DNA of 64,000 nt, from positions 464 to 64,463 of the forward strand of contig DCIM01000049.1 of the NCBI GenBank assembly GCA_002316005.1, given 5' to 3'. This DNA comes from Prevotellaceae bacterium UBA1726. Lineage in GTDB: Bacteria; Bacteroidota; Bacteroidia; Bacteroidales; Bacteroidaceae. Below are positions 1 to 9,076 of the stretch, in pieces. The first letter of the stretch is position 1, and each line of letters begins with the position of its first letter. A model generated the notes under the pieces. The model made no database searches. It saw nothing but the letters and a program-made list of their open reading frames with translations, and was not told the origin of the DNA. The position numbers were made by a program, and so were the translations under genes.

Positions 1-123
1 GAATATGACGCTCAGAATGCGATTTGTGACGGTCGTAGAGAGAAAATAACACAGAGAGGATAGAGAATTGATATGATTTATATATATAAATAATAATAGT
101 AGTAAAAATAGTAATATATTAAT

Positions 124-136
124 AATCAATTACTTA
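124..136 (+). promoter_or_regulatory. IHF-consensus site (WATCAANNNNTTR) in an AT-rich tract
   Basis: AATCAATTACTTA is a perfect match to the E. coli IHF consensus; it lies ~50 bp outside the left inverted repeat. Confidence 0.4.
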
Positions 137-187
137 TATAATATTATGTAATAATAATTTACCAATCTAACCGTACTTTTCGTACCC

Positions 188-245
188 TTCGGGAGGGTGC
201 AATGTCGAAATGTCTAAATGTCTAATTCCTTAATTAGTGTTAACG
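188..245 (+). repeat. Left inverted repeat with 8-bp iterons (aatgtcga/aatgtcta)
   Basis: ttcgggagggtgc-aatgtcgaaatgtctaaatgtctaattccttaattagtgttaacg. Confidence 0.8.
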
Positions 246-272
246 CTTATTCCCCATTTATTTTATATGTAT

Positions 273-280
273 TAATTTTG
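273..280 (+). promoter_or_regulatory. Bacteroidota -7 promoter box (TAnnTTTG)
   Basis: TAATTTTG 22 bp upstream of the ATG at 303. Confidence 0.55.
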
Positions 281-302
281 CAGCAGACAAAAAATCAAGC
301 AT

Positions 303-1256
303 ATGAAGAACGATAAATTTACATTAGAACAAACGCGTACTGTATATAATAATTTGCATGGCATCTACAAGGAATTTGTAGGAGAGCATCCGTCGCTTAT
401 GACTGCCGAGGAGAAGAGTGCTGCTGCTGTGGCAATGATCGACAATGCCTTCCTGACATTCAACGGCTCGCAGCAGATGCTGTGGACCTACGACATGCTC
501 AGCAATCCCGACACTGCCGATGGCGGTTGCTATTCTTTCTCAGGTCAACTGCAAATGTTGCGTTGTCTGGGCAAGGAGGCGTATGCCGAGATGAAGTTCT
601 ATGCCGAGGTGAGCAGTGTGTACTACGAGATGTATATGGTACACGCGATAAAGATGCCGTGGTTTCTTAAGCATCTTGGTAAAAATCTTGACATAAGGAA
701 CGACAAACTTTGTGATTTCCTTTGGGAGAATAACCATGAGATGTTCTCGCTTCGTCTGGCCTGCTGCATGGGTAAGGTGTATATGGATAAACAAATTGGA
801 GTGAACGGCATCTACTATGATGAACTTTCAGAAGTAGTTTTCAGTAATAAAGAAACGAAGGACAGCACGAGCCGTGAGGAGATTGTGAAGAGGCGCAACG
901 AGGTGGTTAATACTATCTACCACATGGACAACCACGAGCAGATTGGCCGTATGCTTGGACTCCGCAGATGGCAACTGGGCAACTACGATGCCATTCAGGG
1001 GTGGTTTCATGAACCATTCAATCCTCGCATTGTGAAGATGGCAAAGGAACTGAACCGTTTCATCCGTTCAATTCAATACCTTGAGATCGACATTATACCC
1101 GACACTCCACAGGGTTATGTTGACATGCTCCACAACAAGCTGATGTCGCTTGCCGAGAAGTATGAAGTCACCATCTACAACGAGCAGCTTACCTTTGATT
1201 ATATATTCGGGCATAACAGCCACATTCTACCAGATATGGACGAAGACGAGGAATAA
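303..1256 (+). CDS. Hypothetical protein (317 aa), no recognisable domain
   Basis: Long ORF with an A-rich leader and a -7 box; its stop overlaps the next start (TAATG). Confidence 0.8.
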   Translation: MKNDKFTLEQTRTVYNNLHGIYKEFVGEHPSLMTAEEKSAAAVAMIDNAFLTFNGSQQMLWTYDMLSNPDTADGGCYSFSGQLQMLRCLGKEAYAEMKFYAEVSSVYYEMYMVHAIKMPWFLKHLGKNLDIRNDKLCDFLWENNHEMFSLRLACCMGKVYMDKQIGVNGIYYDELSEVVFSNKETKDSTSREEIVKRRNEVVNTIYHMDNHEQIGRMLGLRRWQLGNYDAIQGWFHEPFNPRIVKMAKELNRFIRSIQYLEIDIIPDTPQGYVDMLHNKLMSLAEKYEVTIYNEQLTFDYIFGHNSHILPDMDEDEE

Positions 1257-1744
1257 TGAGAAACCAGAGTAGAGAGCAGATTCTTGCTCAGCAACAAACA
1301 CATAGCCGCAGGGGAGTGAAGAAGGCAACACTCTTCTGTGGAGATGATATGGCTCAGCGTGAACAACACAAGCAGCCAATAGCCGACTACAGTCATGAGC
1401 ATTTCGTCAAGACAGTAGCCATTCTGCCTTTCACACTTTGTGGTTCGAATGTAGGCATACCGCGTTTCTATGCTGTTATGTATGCTGTGTTTGTGTCGTT
1501 GCAGAAGATTTACGGTGAGGGAACTGTCACCCGATGGTCAGATTATCTTGCCGGTTTTCTATCCGATGAGATGTTTCCTCCGAACAAACGCCGCAAACTG
1601 CAGGAGGTATTGTCGAACACATGGGATATTACTCGCAACTATATAGAGAATGGTCCTGGAACATCGCGCTTCACACCTGCTTATCAAAGGGAGATAAAGC
1701 GATTCCGCGAGCATTTCGTGGAGATGAAAAACCACTGGATGTAG
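1256..1744 (+). CDS. Hypothetical protein (162 aa)
   Basis: ORF translationally coupled to the upstream gene. Confidence 0.7.
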   Translation: MRNQSREQILAQQQTHSRRGVKKATLFCGDDMAQREQHKQPIADYSHEHFVKTVAILPFTLCGSNVGIPRFYAVMYAVFVSLQKIYGEGTVTRWSDYLAGFLSDEMFPPNKRRKLQEVLSNTWDITRNYIENGPGTSRFTPAYQREIKRFREHFVEMKNHWM

Positions 1745-1876
1745 AGATTGTTTCTTTAGACAGAATGGCATAATAAGCAGATTTTTTTAGTTGTAAAGTT
1801 TTGAAAATCAATGTGTTCGTTATGCCGTTTTGTAGAATAAAAATTTTTTTGAAAAAAGTCGTTTTTTAGGCCCCCT

Positions 1877-1903
1877 TTTGCCCGAAAAGTATTCGTACCT
1901 TTG
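1877..1903 (+). promoter_or_regulatory. Bacteroidota promoter (TTTG...TACCTTTG)
   Basis: TTTG 1877-1880 and TACCTTTG 1896-1903 upstream of the primase-helicase. Confidence 0.5.
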
Positions 1904-1917
1904 CACATGGAAAGGAG

Positions 1918-4356
1918 ATGTCAAAACCCTCCGATCTATCGCAGGGAATAGTTCCCCGTGATAACAATCAAAATTTTGTGCCTATGGTACATTACAAACT
2001 TAATTACTCTTGTAAGAGGAATACAAGTAATACTCAGCCTCTTACAAAGGACCTGTTCTATCGAGTGGCAGGTTCTGTGGAAGTAACTCGTATTATTACT
2101 CAACTCAAGGGCAAGGAGAAGGGTACTGCTGAGTACGACAATCTCAAGGAAGGGCTCCCTATGTACTTCCCTCATGCTGTCTATGTTGATGGCAAGCGTC
2201 CTAAGGCCGAGCGCAACAACATCAAGCCAAGCGGTCTGTGTATGCACGACTTTGACAAGATGCCTGTCGATGTGCGTCAGTTCTTTGAGGAGAAGGTGAA
2301 GCCTCTCATCGGAAAGGAACTTGATCTTGTGCTTGCTCACATCTCGTGTGGTGGTCATGGACTTCGTCTTGTTGACCGTCTGCCAGAAGGAGAGACTCTG
2401 GCGCAGCATCAGCGCAAGGTGGCTCTTATGCTCGGAGTAAAGGAGTCGCAGGACGAGCAGATAAAGGACTATCCTCGTGCTTCGTTCTTCCCAAACATGG
2501 ACTACATCCTCTTTATTGATGACGACCGCTTCTTCGACATCCAGCTGCCAGGTTACGAGGAGGGCAATCTCTTTGGAGAACAGGAGACACAGAGTGAGAC
2601 ACCTCTTGAAACCCCAGAAACCACTCCTGCACCTTATTATAATACAGGTGTATGCGTGGAGCCAAAGGTGGAAGGTGCATTCAGTGTTGTTCCAAGTTAT
2701 CAGGGAGTGCCACTCAATCTTGTTGTTGACCACATCGTCAAGACCTACTGCACAGGCGGTAAGCTCACTGAGGACGGTCATCAGCGCGACAACCTCTGTT
2801 TCCATGCTGCCCTTTGCCTGCGTCCGCTTGTTGACTCCAACTGGGATGTAATCTATGGTCTTCTTGCCCAGCCACTGAAGGATGTGGGATTCTCGGATGC
2901 AGAGATTCGCAAGACCATCACTTCGGCTCTGGCTCGACAGTCGGGATATATCAAGACACCAAACCCAGAGGTGACCTATATCCTGAACAAGCTCAAGGCA
3001 GAGATGGCCTCGCAACTTGCAGAACCAGTTCTTCCAAAGGCACCAAAGATGCCTAAGATTATGGAAGATGTAGCACGCCTCTTTCCTGCTTGGCTTCACG
3101 ACACCGTGATTCTCGCTCAGCTGCCTATATGGGGATTCATGGCCGACAACGCCATGATTATGTATCGAGGCAACCGCTGGAAGCGCCTTCAGTTCTCTAC
3201 CCATATCATCGGTGGAGCAGCAGCCGGCAAGAGTTTCATCGTTGTGCTTCGTGAACTCCTCATGCAGAAGTTCCTGGCCGAGGATGCCGAGGTGCTTGCC
3301 AAGGAGGAAGCCGACCGTCAGAACCGTAAGCGCAAAGAGAAGCAGCAAGGTGAGGATGTCATCTATCGTTCCTATAAGAAGCATTTCATGGAGGCAAACA
3401 TCACTCGTCCACAGGCCTATGCCCGTCTGAACGCAGCCGATGGTCACATGATGATGCTCTTCACCGAAGAGGTAGGCGAGTTTGATGCGTCCATGCGTTC
3501 GCAGAGTGATGGATTCAAGCATGTACTGCTCAAGTCGTTCGACTATGGTGAAGTGACAAAATCAACCATGTCCGACGATTCTCCAAACATCTCGTGTCAG
3601 GTGTCGCTCAACTCGCTCACAGCAGGTACACCAGTATCTACAGCCTCGCATCTGGGTAACAACTCCGATGGTCTGCTGAGCCGAAACATTGTTGTACTGA
3701 TGCCAAACCGTATGGGTGTCAAGGGCGACTGGGATGACGATGTGCGTGAGCCATCGGCAAAGCTCAAGGCTACTATCGATAAGACTGTTGAACAACTTGG
3801 AACCATCGGCAATGGCGATTATGTGAAGATGAAGTTTCCTGTCTTCCTGAACGCCTTCAAGGAGTGGTTTGATGGCGAAGGAGGAGTGAACGACCAGTAT
3901 CAGGACAACGGCGACAGCGATTGGCTTGTACTTGCTCGTCGTGCTGCTGAAATCGGTTATCGCGCTATGGTACTTTTCTGGCTTCTCAATGGTTGTCCAA
4001 AGGGCATCAACAACACCAAGGGCAATCACTCGAAGAAGATTCAAGAGATTATCGAAGCCGGACTCTGGGTGGCTGAATATGTGCGTACAACTCAGTATAG
4101 TGTTGTCAAGTCGAATGCAGTGAAGCCTGTTGCCTGCGACATTCAGGTGCGTACAGGAAAGAATAAGCGTGTGCTTAGTGCTCTGCCTGACGAATTCACC
4201 ACTCTCGACTACATCAACATGAAGCAGAGTCAGGGCGACTGTGTGTCCACAGCCTCAATCTACAAGACTTTCGAGCGACTTGTTGCTGACGGTTCAATAG
4301 AAAAGATGGGCAAAGACCGCTGGAAGAAAGTCAAGCAAGCTGTGGCGACGGCTTAA
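1918..4356 (+). CDS. BT4734/VirE-N-like primase-polymerase fused to a DUF3987 P-loop helicase, probable C-terminal wHTH (true start may be 1984)
   Basis: SGLCMHDFD (DxD) and SCGGHGLR AEP-like motifs; GHQRDN PriCT-like segment; Walker A GGAAAGKS; Walker B LFTEE; basic C-terminal LPDEFT...GSIEKMGKDRWKK. Confidence 0.75.
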   Translation: MSKPSDLSQGIVPRDNNQNFVPMVHYKLNYSCKRNTSNTQPLTKDLFYRVAGSVEVTRIITQLKGKEKGTAEYDNLKEGLPMYFPHAVYVDGKRPKAERNNIKPSGLCMHDFDKMPVDVRQFFEEKVKPLIGKELDLVLAHISCGGHGLRLVDRLPEGETLAQHQRKVALMLGVKESQDEQIKDYPRASFFPNMDYILFIDDDRFFDIQLPGYEEGNLFGEQETQSETPLETPETTPAPYYNTGVCVEPKVEGAFSVVPSYQGVPLNLVVDHIVKTYCTGGKLTEDGHQRDNLCFHAALCLRPLVDSNWDVIYGLLAQPLKDVGFSDAEIRKTITSALARQSGYIKTPNPEVTYILNKLKAEMASQLAEPVLPKAPKMPKIMEDVARLFPAWLHDTVILAQLPIWGFMADNAMIMYRGNRWKRLQFSTHIIGGAAAGKSFIVVLRELLMQKFLAEDAEVLAKEEADRQNRKRKEKQQGEDVIYRSYKKHFMEANITRPQAYARLNAADGHMMMLFTEEVGEFDASMRSQSDGFKHVLLKSFDYGEVTKSTMSDDSPNISCQVSLNSLTAGTPVSTASHLGNNSDGLLSRNIVVLMPNRMGVKGDWDDDVREPSAKLKATIDKTVEQLGTIGNGDYVKMKFPVFLNAFKEWFDGEGGVNDQYQDNGDSDWLVLARRAAEIGYRAMVLFWLLNGCPKGINNTKGNHSKKIQEIIEAGLWVAEYVRTTQYSVVKSNAVKPVACDIQVRTGKNKRVLSALPDEFTTLDYINMKQSQGDCVSTASIYKTFERLVADGSIEKMGKDRWKKVKQAVATA

Positions 4357-4388
4357 CCTTAGCATAAAATAGGCGGTCATGTGTCAGT

Positions 4389-4446
4389 CGTTTACACTTT
4401 TTAAGGAATTCGACATTAGACATTTAGACATTAAGCCCCTCCTGAA
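4389..4446 (-). repeat. Right inverted repeat with 8-bp iterons
   Basis: Reverse complement reads ttcaggaggggctt-aatgtctaaatgtctaatgtcgaattccttaaaaagtgtaaacg, matching 188-245. Confidence 0.8.
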
Positions 4447-4477
4447 TGCACACAAGGCTTTTTAAAACTCATAAAAC

Positions 4478-4521
4478 AATCAAAGTATAGTCAACTGGTT
4501 CTCCAGCACTATACTTTGATT
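4478..4521. terminator. Long hairpin between convergent genes (probable terminator)
   Basis: aatcaaagtatagt / actatactttgatt 14-bp perfect stem plus inner ctgg/ccag. Confidence 0.6.
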
Positions 4522-4644
4522 ACTATTTATTTCCAACAATGTTATGTATTATATATTGCTCCTAAGCTTATTTCACTACTACTTGCCTTTGGCGAGTTCC
4601 TGCTCATAAGGCATAGCAATCAAATATGATTTGTTGCTCTGCTC

Positions 4645-6240
4645 TTATTTCACCTGAACTTCATCGACAAATATCCAGCCTTGCTTCTCGCCGGGGAGGG
4701 CCTTGAGGCGGAGATAACGAGCCTTGCACTTGCCATTCCATGTGTAAGCCCTGCCTCCGTCCTTGCCTGAATAGTCGGCAGCACCAGTGAGGGTGTGGAG
4801 TGGGGTGAAAGCAGTACCGTCCTTGCTCACCTCGATGATGAACGAGTCAGGGAAATAAATCTGAGGACCGACAATCTGGAGGAAGTCGGCCGAGATGCTC
4901 TTCACCTTCTGGCATGTGCCAAGGTCGATGGTGATGTCCATTCCATCCTTGCCGATGAATCCCAGCCATCCCTCACCGAAGTCGTAGCTACCAGCCTTAC
5001 CATCGAACAATGTCCAGTCGCCATCACCCTTATACGAAGGGTTATATCTGTGGTTGTAGGTGACATCAGCAATCGCCTTTCCATCGCCCTGAAACTCCTG
5101 TGGCAGAGCATGGTCGCCCTTGGCATTGGCAAGGTCGAGGGCATTGATACCATTGGCACGAAGCCACTTCACAGCATCGAGAGCCTTCTGATGGAACGCC
5201 TCAGCATCGCGAGGAGCATCAAGACCGTTCTTACCCAGTTCGGCAATAGCCACGGCACGAGGCCAAATCATATACTCCGCACGCTCGTGGTTCTCCACAT
5301 ATTCGGTCCATAGATTACCCTGAACACCCAGCAGATGAGCCTTCTCCTCGTCAGTCTGGAATGGATTAGGCAAGGTGTAAACCTTATCGACAGAGAGATG
5401 ACCGCCCTGCGACTTCAGGTCAGTGGCAATGTCCTCCTGAGCCTTGTCGAGATAGCACCATTTGCCAGGCGAGAGAATCACATCGTGACCCAGTTGGGCA
5501 GCCTTGCGAGCAGTCTCTATGCCACGCCACACCATGATAATCATATCGCTGTCGGTAGGGTCGTCGGTCAGGGCCTCGTCCCACACAATCATCTTCTTGC
5601 CAAGCGAGCGTACAATCTCGCGGACACGACGCATTCCCTCAGGCTGGATATTATTCTGAGTGGCAGCCTCATCGCCACCCACATGCATATACTGAGTAGG
5701 GAACACCTGAGCCACTTCGGTCAGCACATCGCGCATCAAAGCGTAGGTCTCGTCCTTCTGCATGTCGAGTTCGGCATGGTTGAAACCCACCTCTGGGTAG
5801 GCCGCGACAGTCTCCTCGCTATGACCAGGGAACTCAATCTCGGGCACCACTTCAACGCCTCTCTCAGCAGCATAAGCCACGAGGGCACGCAACTCCTCCT
5901 GAGTGTAGTAACCACCAAAGCCATGGTCTTTGTCAGAGTAGGCACGACCGTTCTCCCACCATTCCTCCCACTGGGCATGAGTACGCCAAGCACCCACATC
6001 CGTGAGGCGAGGACGCGACTTTATCTCTATGCGCCAGCCGGCAGCATCGGTAAGATGGAGATGGAGTTTGTTCAATCCGAAATGCGACATTGCGTCCACC
6101 TCTTTATATATATACTCCATAGGCATATAGTGACGGCTCACATCGAGCATCAGTCCACGCCATTCGAGAGGCTTCTGTGCAAAGGCATTACTGCAACCCA
6201 ACACGGTCGCAAAGACGAGTAGTAACAGGTTCTTTTTCAT
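4645..6240 (-). CDS. GH20 beta-N-acetylhexosaminidase with C-terminal F5/8-type C (discoidin-like) domain, secreted
   Basis: RGLMLDVSRH, HLHLTD, PEIEFPGH, catalytic HVGGDEA, GVQGNLWTEY; signal peptide. Confidence 0.93.
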   Translation of the reverse strand: MKKNLLLLVFATVLGCSNAFAQKPLEWRGLMLDVSRHYMPMEYIYKEVDAMSHFGLNKLHLHLTDAAGWRIEIKSRPRLTDVGAWRTHAQWEEWWENGRAYSDKDHGFGGYYTQEELRALVAYAAERGVEVVPEIEFPGHSEETVAAYPEVGFNHAELDMQKDETYALMRDVLTEVAQVFPTQYMHVGGDEAATQNNIQPEGMRRVREIVRSLGKKMIVWDEALTDDPTDSDMIIMVWRGIETARKAAQLGHDVILSPGKWCYLDKAQEDIATDLKSQGGHLSVDKVYTLPNPFQTDEEKAHLLGVQGNLWTEYVENHERAEYMIWPRAVAIAELGKNGLDAPRDAEAFHQKALDAVKWLRANGINALDLANAKGDHALPQEFQGDGKAIADVTYNHRYNPSYKGDGDWTLFDGKAGSYDFGEGWLGFIGKDGMDITIDLGTCQKVKSISADFLQIVGPQIYFPDSFIIEVSKDGTAFTPLHTLTGAADYSGKDGGRAYTWNGKCKARYLRLKALPGEKQGWIFVDEVQVK

Positions 6241-6259
6241 AACTGTTTAGTTTTTGTTT

Positions 6260-6369
6260 TTATCAACGAATTTCACGAATTTCACGAATAATAATTAATG
6301 AATAATTAATGGGCAATTAATGGTAATTCGCTCGGCTACGCCGCTTTCATAGCGCAGCGGAGAAAGAAT
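6260..6369 (+). repeat. Composite intergenic repeat (9-bp cgaatttca tandem, taattaatg tract, 44-bp hairpin core)
   Basis: Core attcgctcggctacgccgctttcatagcgcagcggagaaagaat at 6326-6369 recurs at 59576, 60739 and 63761. Confidence 0.85.
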
Positions 6370-6413
6370 GTTCAAAAATAAATTCTGTAAATTCTTGTTT
6401 GAATAAAAGACTA

Positions 6414-6698
6414 TTATTTCTCTGGGGCGAAGATTTGGTCGAGTTCGGATTGAGTGAACGGACATGGTTCCTGGCGCATTTTAGCCAACTGAAACTGATG
6501 ACAAGCATTCACCACCGACTGCTCCTCAAAACACTTGAACAGCAAATCCTTCAACTCGTCCATCCGTTCGGCATCACTATCCGTGAACTTCCCGCACGCC
6601 TTGTAGCTCACGCCTTTTTCAGGCATCACCGAATGGTAGTAGAAGCTCCATACGAGGAACTTCATACACACCTCCGGCGTCATTATTATGTTCTGCAT
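6414..6698 (-). CDS. Small hypothetical protein (94 aa)
   Basis: ATG with an A-rich leader, normal composition, co-oriented with neighbours. Confidence 0.7.
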   Translation of the reverse strand: MQNIIMTPEVCMKFLVWSFYYHSVMPEKGVSYKACGKFTDSDAERMDELKDLLFKCFEEQSVVNACHQFQLAKMRQEPCPFTQSELDQIFAPEK

Positions 6699-6716
6699 TT
6701 ATTTGAGTTTTTTTAT

Positions 6717-6819
6717 AATCAACGAATTACACGAATTACACTAATTTTTTTTTCTCACATGGTAAGATAATTCGTAAAATTCGCGTAATTCTTTCTTAGG
6801 AAAGCGGCATAGCCGAGCG
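6717..6819 (-). repeat. Composite intergenic repeat, inverted copy of the core
   Basis: cgaattaca tandem at 6719-6745; ctttcttaggaaagcggcatagccgagcg (6791-6819) is the reverse complement of the core variant. Confidence 0.85.
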
Positions 6820-6844
6820 CGTGGTTAAAAAAAATATTATACTG

Positions 6845-6924
6845 CTCCCCTCTCTTTTAGGAGAGGGGTTGGGGGTGAGGCTTCTACTCCCTCTCTTTTA
6901 GGAGAGGGGCTGGGGGTGAGGCTT
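6845..6924. repeat. Tandem pair of REP-like GC-rich palindromes
   Basis: ctccc(c)tctcttttaggagagggg(t/c)tgggggtgaggctt x2. Confidence 0.85.
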
Positions 6925-8917
6925 ATTTCTTACGCGTAGCCTGGATGAAGTAAGCGATAAGCAGCAGATAGGCAGCGAGCGAGAGAACCTCAGACATTGG
7001 GTTGGCAAGCCATGCCTCGTTGACTGGGTTGAAACCACAGAAACGGAGTAGGGCAGAGACAACACCCATCAAAGCACCACCGGCAATGAATCCACTGGCA
7101 ATGAGAGTACCCTTCTCGCCACGCTCAGCATTGACTGTAGGTTCCTTCGAACGACTTGTCACATACCAGTTGATGGCACCACCCACGAGCAGCGGAGCAT
7201 TCAGTTCCATAGGGATGAACATACCAAGTGCAAATGCAAGAGCAGGAACACCGAAATAGTTGAGTACGAGAGCCAGCACAGCACCAATGCCATAGAGACA
7301 CCAAGGAGCACCAGTGCCCGACATCAATGGTTCGATGACAGCAGCCATGGCATTAGCCTGAGGAGCAACAAGAGCATTATCGCCCACGAAACCGTAGGTC
7401 TTGTTGAGGATAATCATCACACCACCAACGGTAGCAGCACTGACGAGTACACCGAGGAACTTCCAAGTCTCCTGCTTCTTAGGAGTAGTACCAAGCCAGT
7501 AGCCAATCTTCAGGTCGGTGATGAAACCACCCGCTGTAGAAAGAGCAGTACAAACAACACCACCCATGACCAAGGCAGCCACCATACCAGCAGAACCCTT
7601 CAAACCAACAGCCACCATGATGACAGAGGCAAGGATGAGAGTCATCAGCGTCATGCCCGATACAGGGTTGGTACCAACGATGGCGATAGCGTTCGCTGCA
7701 ACAGTGGTGAAGAGGAACGCGATGATGCCAATGACGAGGATACCCACAACGGCATAGAGCAGGTTGAACTCTACAACACCAGCATAGAAGAACACGAATG
7801 TGGCAATGATGGCGATGATTACACCAATGGCAATAATCTTCATCGAGATGTCGCGCTGAGTACGAGCAACATTCGCAGTAGCATTGCCCGAACCCTTCAA
7901 CTCACGACCAGCAAGTCCGATGGCACCCTTGATGATGCCCCACTGCTTAACGATACCGATAAGACCAGCCATCGCAATACCACCAATACCGATATGACGG
8001 GCGAAAGTCTTGAAGATAGCCTCAGGAGCCATATCAGCAACGCTACCCGCAACGCTCATGTCGAAGGTAGGATTCAAGGTCATGAGCAACTGATCGCCAA
8101 GAAGAGGGAGCAATGGCACGAGGACAAACCATACCAATGCCGAACCCGCACAGATGATAGCTGCATACTTCAAACCAACGATATAGCCAAGACCAAGAAC
8201 GGCAGCAGAAGTGTTGATTGAGAAAACGAGTTTAGCCTTCTCGGCAACATACGCTCCACCAGCAATGGCACGAGTAGAGAAAGCCTCTGCCCATGTGCCG
8301 AAAGAAGCAACGAGGAAGTCGAACAAACCACCCACGATACCAGCGATGAGGAGAGGTTTTGCCTGACTGCCGCCCTTCTCGCCACTGACAAGCACCTGTG
8401 TGGTGGCAGTAGCCTCAGGGAAAGGATATTTGCCGTGCTGATCCTTCACGAAGAACTTGCGGAAAGGAATGAGGAACAGAATGCCCAGCACACCACCAAG
8501 AACAGACGAAAGGAATACCTGAATGAAGCTTACTGTCACTTCAGGATACTTAGCCTGAATGATGTAAAGAGCAGGGAGGGTGAAGATTGCACCAGCAACG
8601 ATAACACCCGAACAAGCACCGATACTTTGAATGATGACATTCTCGCCAAGGGCATTCTTACGCTTTGTGGCCGACGATACACCTACTGCGATGATGGCAA
8701 TAGGAATGGCAGCCTCGAACACCTGACCCACCTTCAGTCCAAGGTAGGCAGCAGCTGCAGAGAAGATGACAGCCATAAGCAAACCCCAAGTCACCGACCA
8801 TACATTCACCTCAGTAGGATTGCTCTCGGCAGGCATGACAGGTTGGTACTCTTCGCCTGGATTCAACTCGCGAAACGCGTTCTCAGGCAGTTCAATGTTT
8901 TGTTTCTTTTCTTCCAT
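6923..8917 (-). CDS. OPT-family oligopeptide transporter
   Basis: YLGLKVG, ENVIIQ, PFPEA, NPVSGM, DLKIG, APQA motifs; many TM helices. Confidence 0.93.
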   Translation of the reverse strand: MEEKKQNIELPENAFRELNPGEEYQPVMPAESNPTEVNVWSVTWGLLMAVIFSAAAAYLGLKVGQVFEAAIPIAIIAVGVSSATKRKNALGENVIIQSIGACSGVIVAGAIFTLPALYIIQAKYPEVTVSFIQVFLSSVLGGVLGILFLIPFRKFFVKDQHGKYPFPEATATTQVLVSGEKGGSQAKPLLIAGIVGGLFDFLVASFGTWAEAFSTRAIAGGAYVAEKAKLVFSINTSAAVLGLGYIVGLKYAAIICAGSALVWFVLVPLLPLLGDQLLMTLNPTFDMSVAGSVADMAPEAIFKTFARHIGIGGIAMAGLIGIVKQWGIIKGAIGLAGRELKGSGNATANVARTQRDISMKIIAIGVIIAIIATFVFFYAGVVEFNLLYAVVGILVIGIIAFLFTTVAANAIAIVGTNPVSGMTLMTLILASVIMVAVGLKGSAGMVAALVMGGVVCTALSTAGGFITDLKIGYWLGTTPKKQETWKFLGVLVSAATVGGVMIILNKTYGFVGDNALVAPQANAMAAVIEPLMSGTGAPWCLYGIGAVLALVLNYFGVPALAFALGMFIPMELNAPLLVGGAINWYVTSRSKEPTVNAERGEKGTLIASGFIAGGALMGVVSALLRFCGFNPVNEAWLANPMSEVLSLAAYLLLIAYFIQATRKK

Positions 8918-9076
8918 TTTGTATTATTATGTTTTATGATTATTCAGTTTTATATCTTTGCAAAGTTATAAAAAATAATTAATAATGTGGCAGAGATAGT
9001 AAAAAACTATTGTTTTTTTTGTCTATGAGATATAATTTTGGTAACTTTGGTGTCGTAAATAGATTATTTCAGGAAA

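Larger units (their letters stand above)
188..4446. mobile_element. Putative primase-helicase mini-element or remnant bounded by imperfect inverted repeats
   Basis: IRs at 188-245 and 4389-4446 enclose three co-oriented genes including a VirE-N/DUF3987 protein; no recombinase in the window. Confidence 0.5.

Noticed and set aside
126-154. dif-like string ending in ttatgtaataa
   Set aside because: The left arm lacks the ATAA core and the region is extremely AT-rich; far weaker than 36393-36420.
1936-3522. 528-aa antisense ORF opposite the primase-helicase
   Set aside because: Shadow of a codon-biased gene; no motifs, while the + strand protein has clear ones.
5335-6222. 295-aa ORF antisense to GH20
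   Set aside because: Reverse-frame shadow with no family signature.
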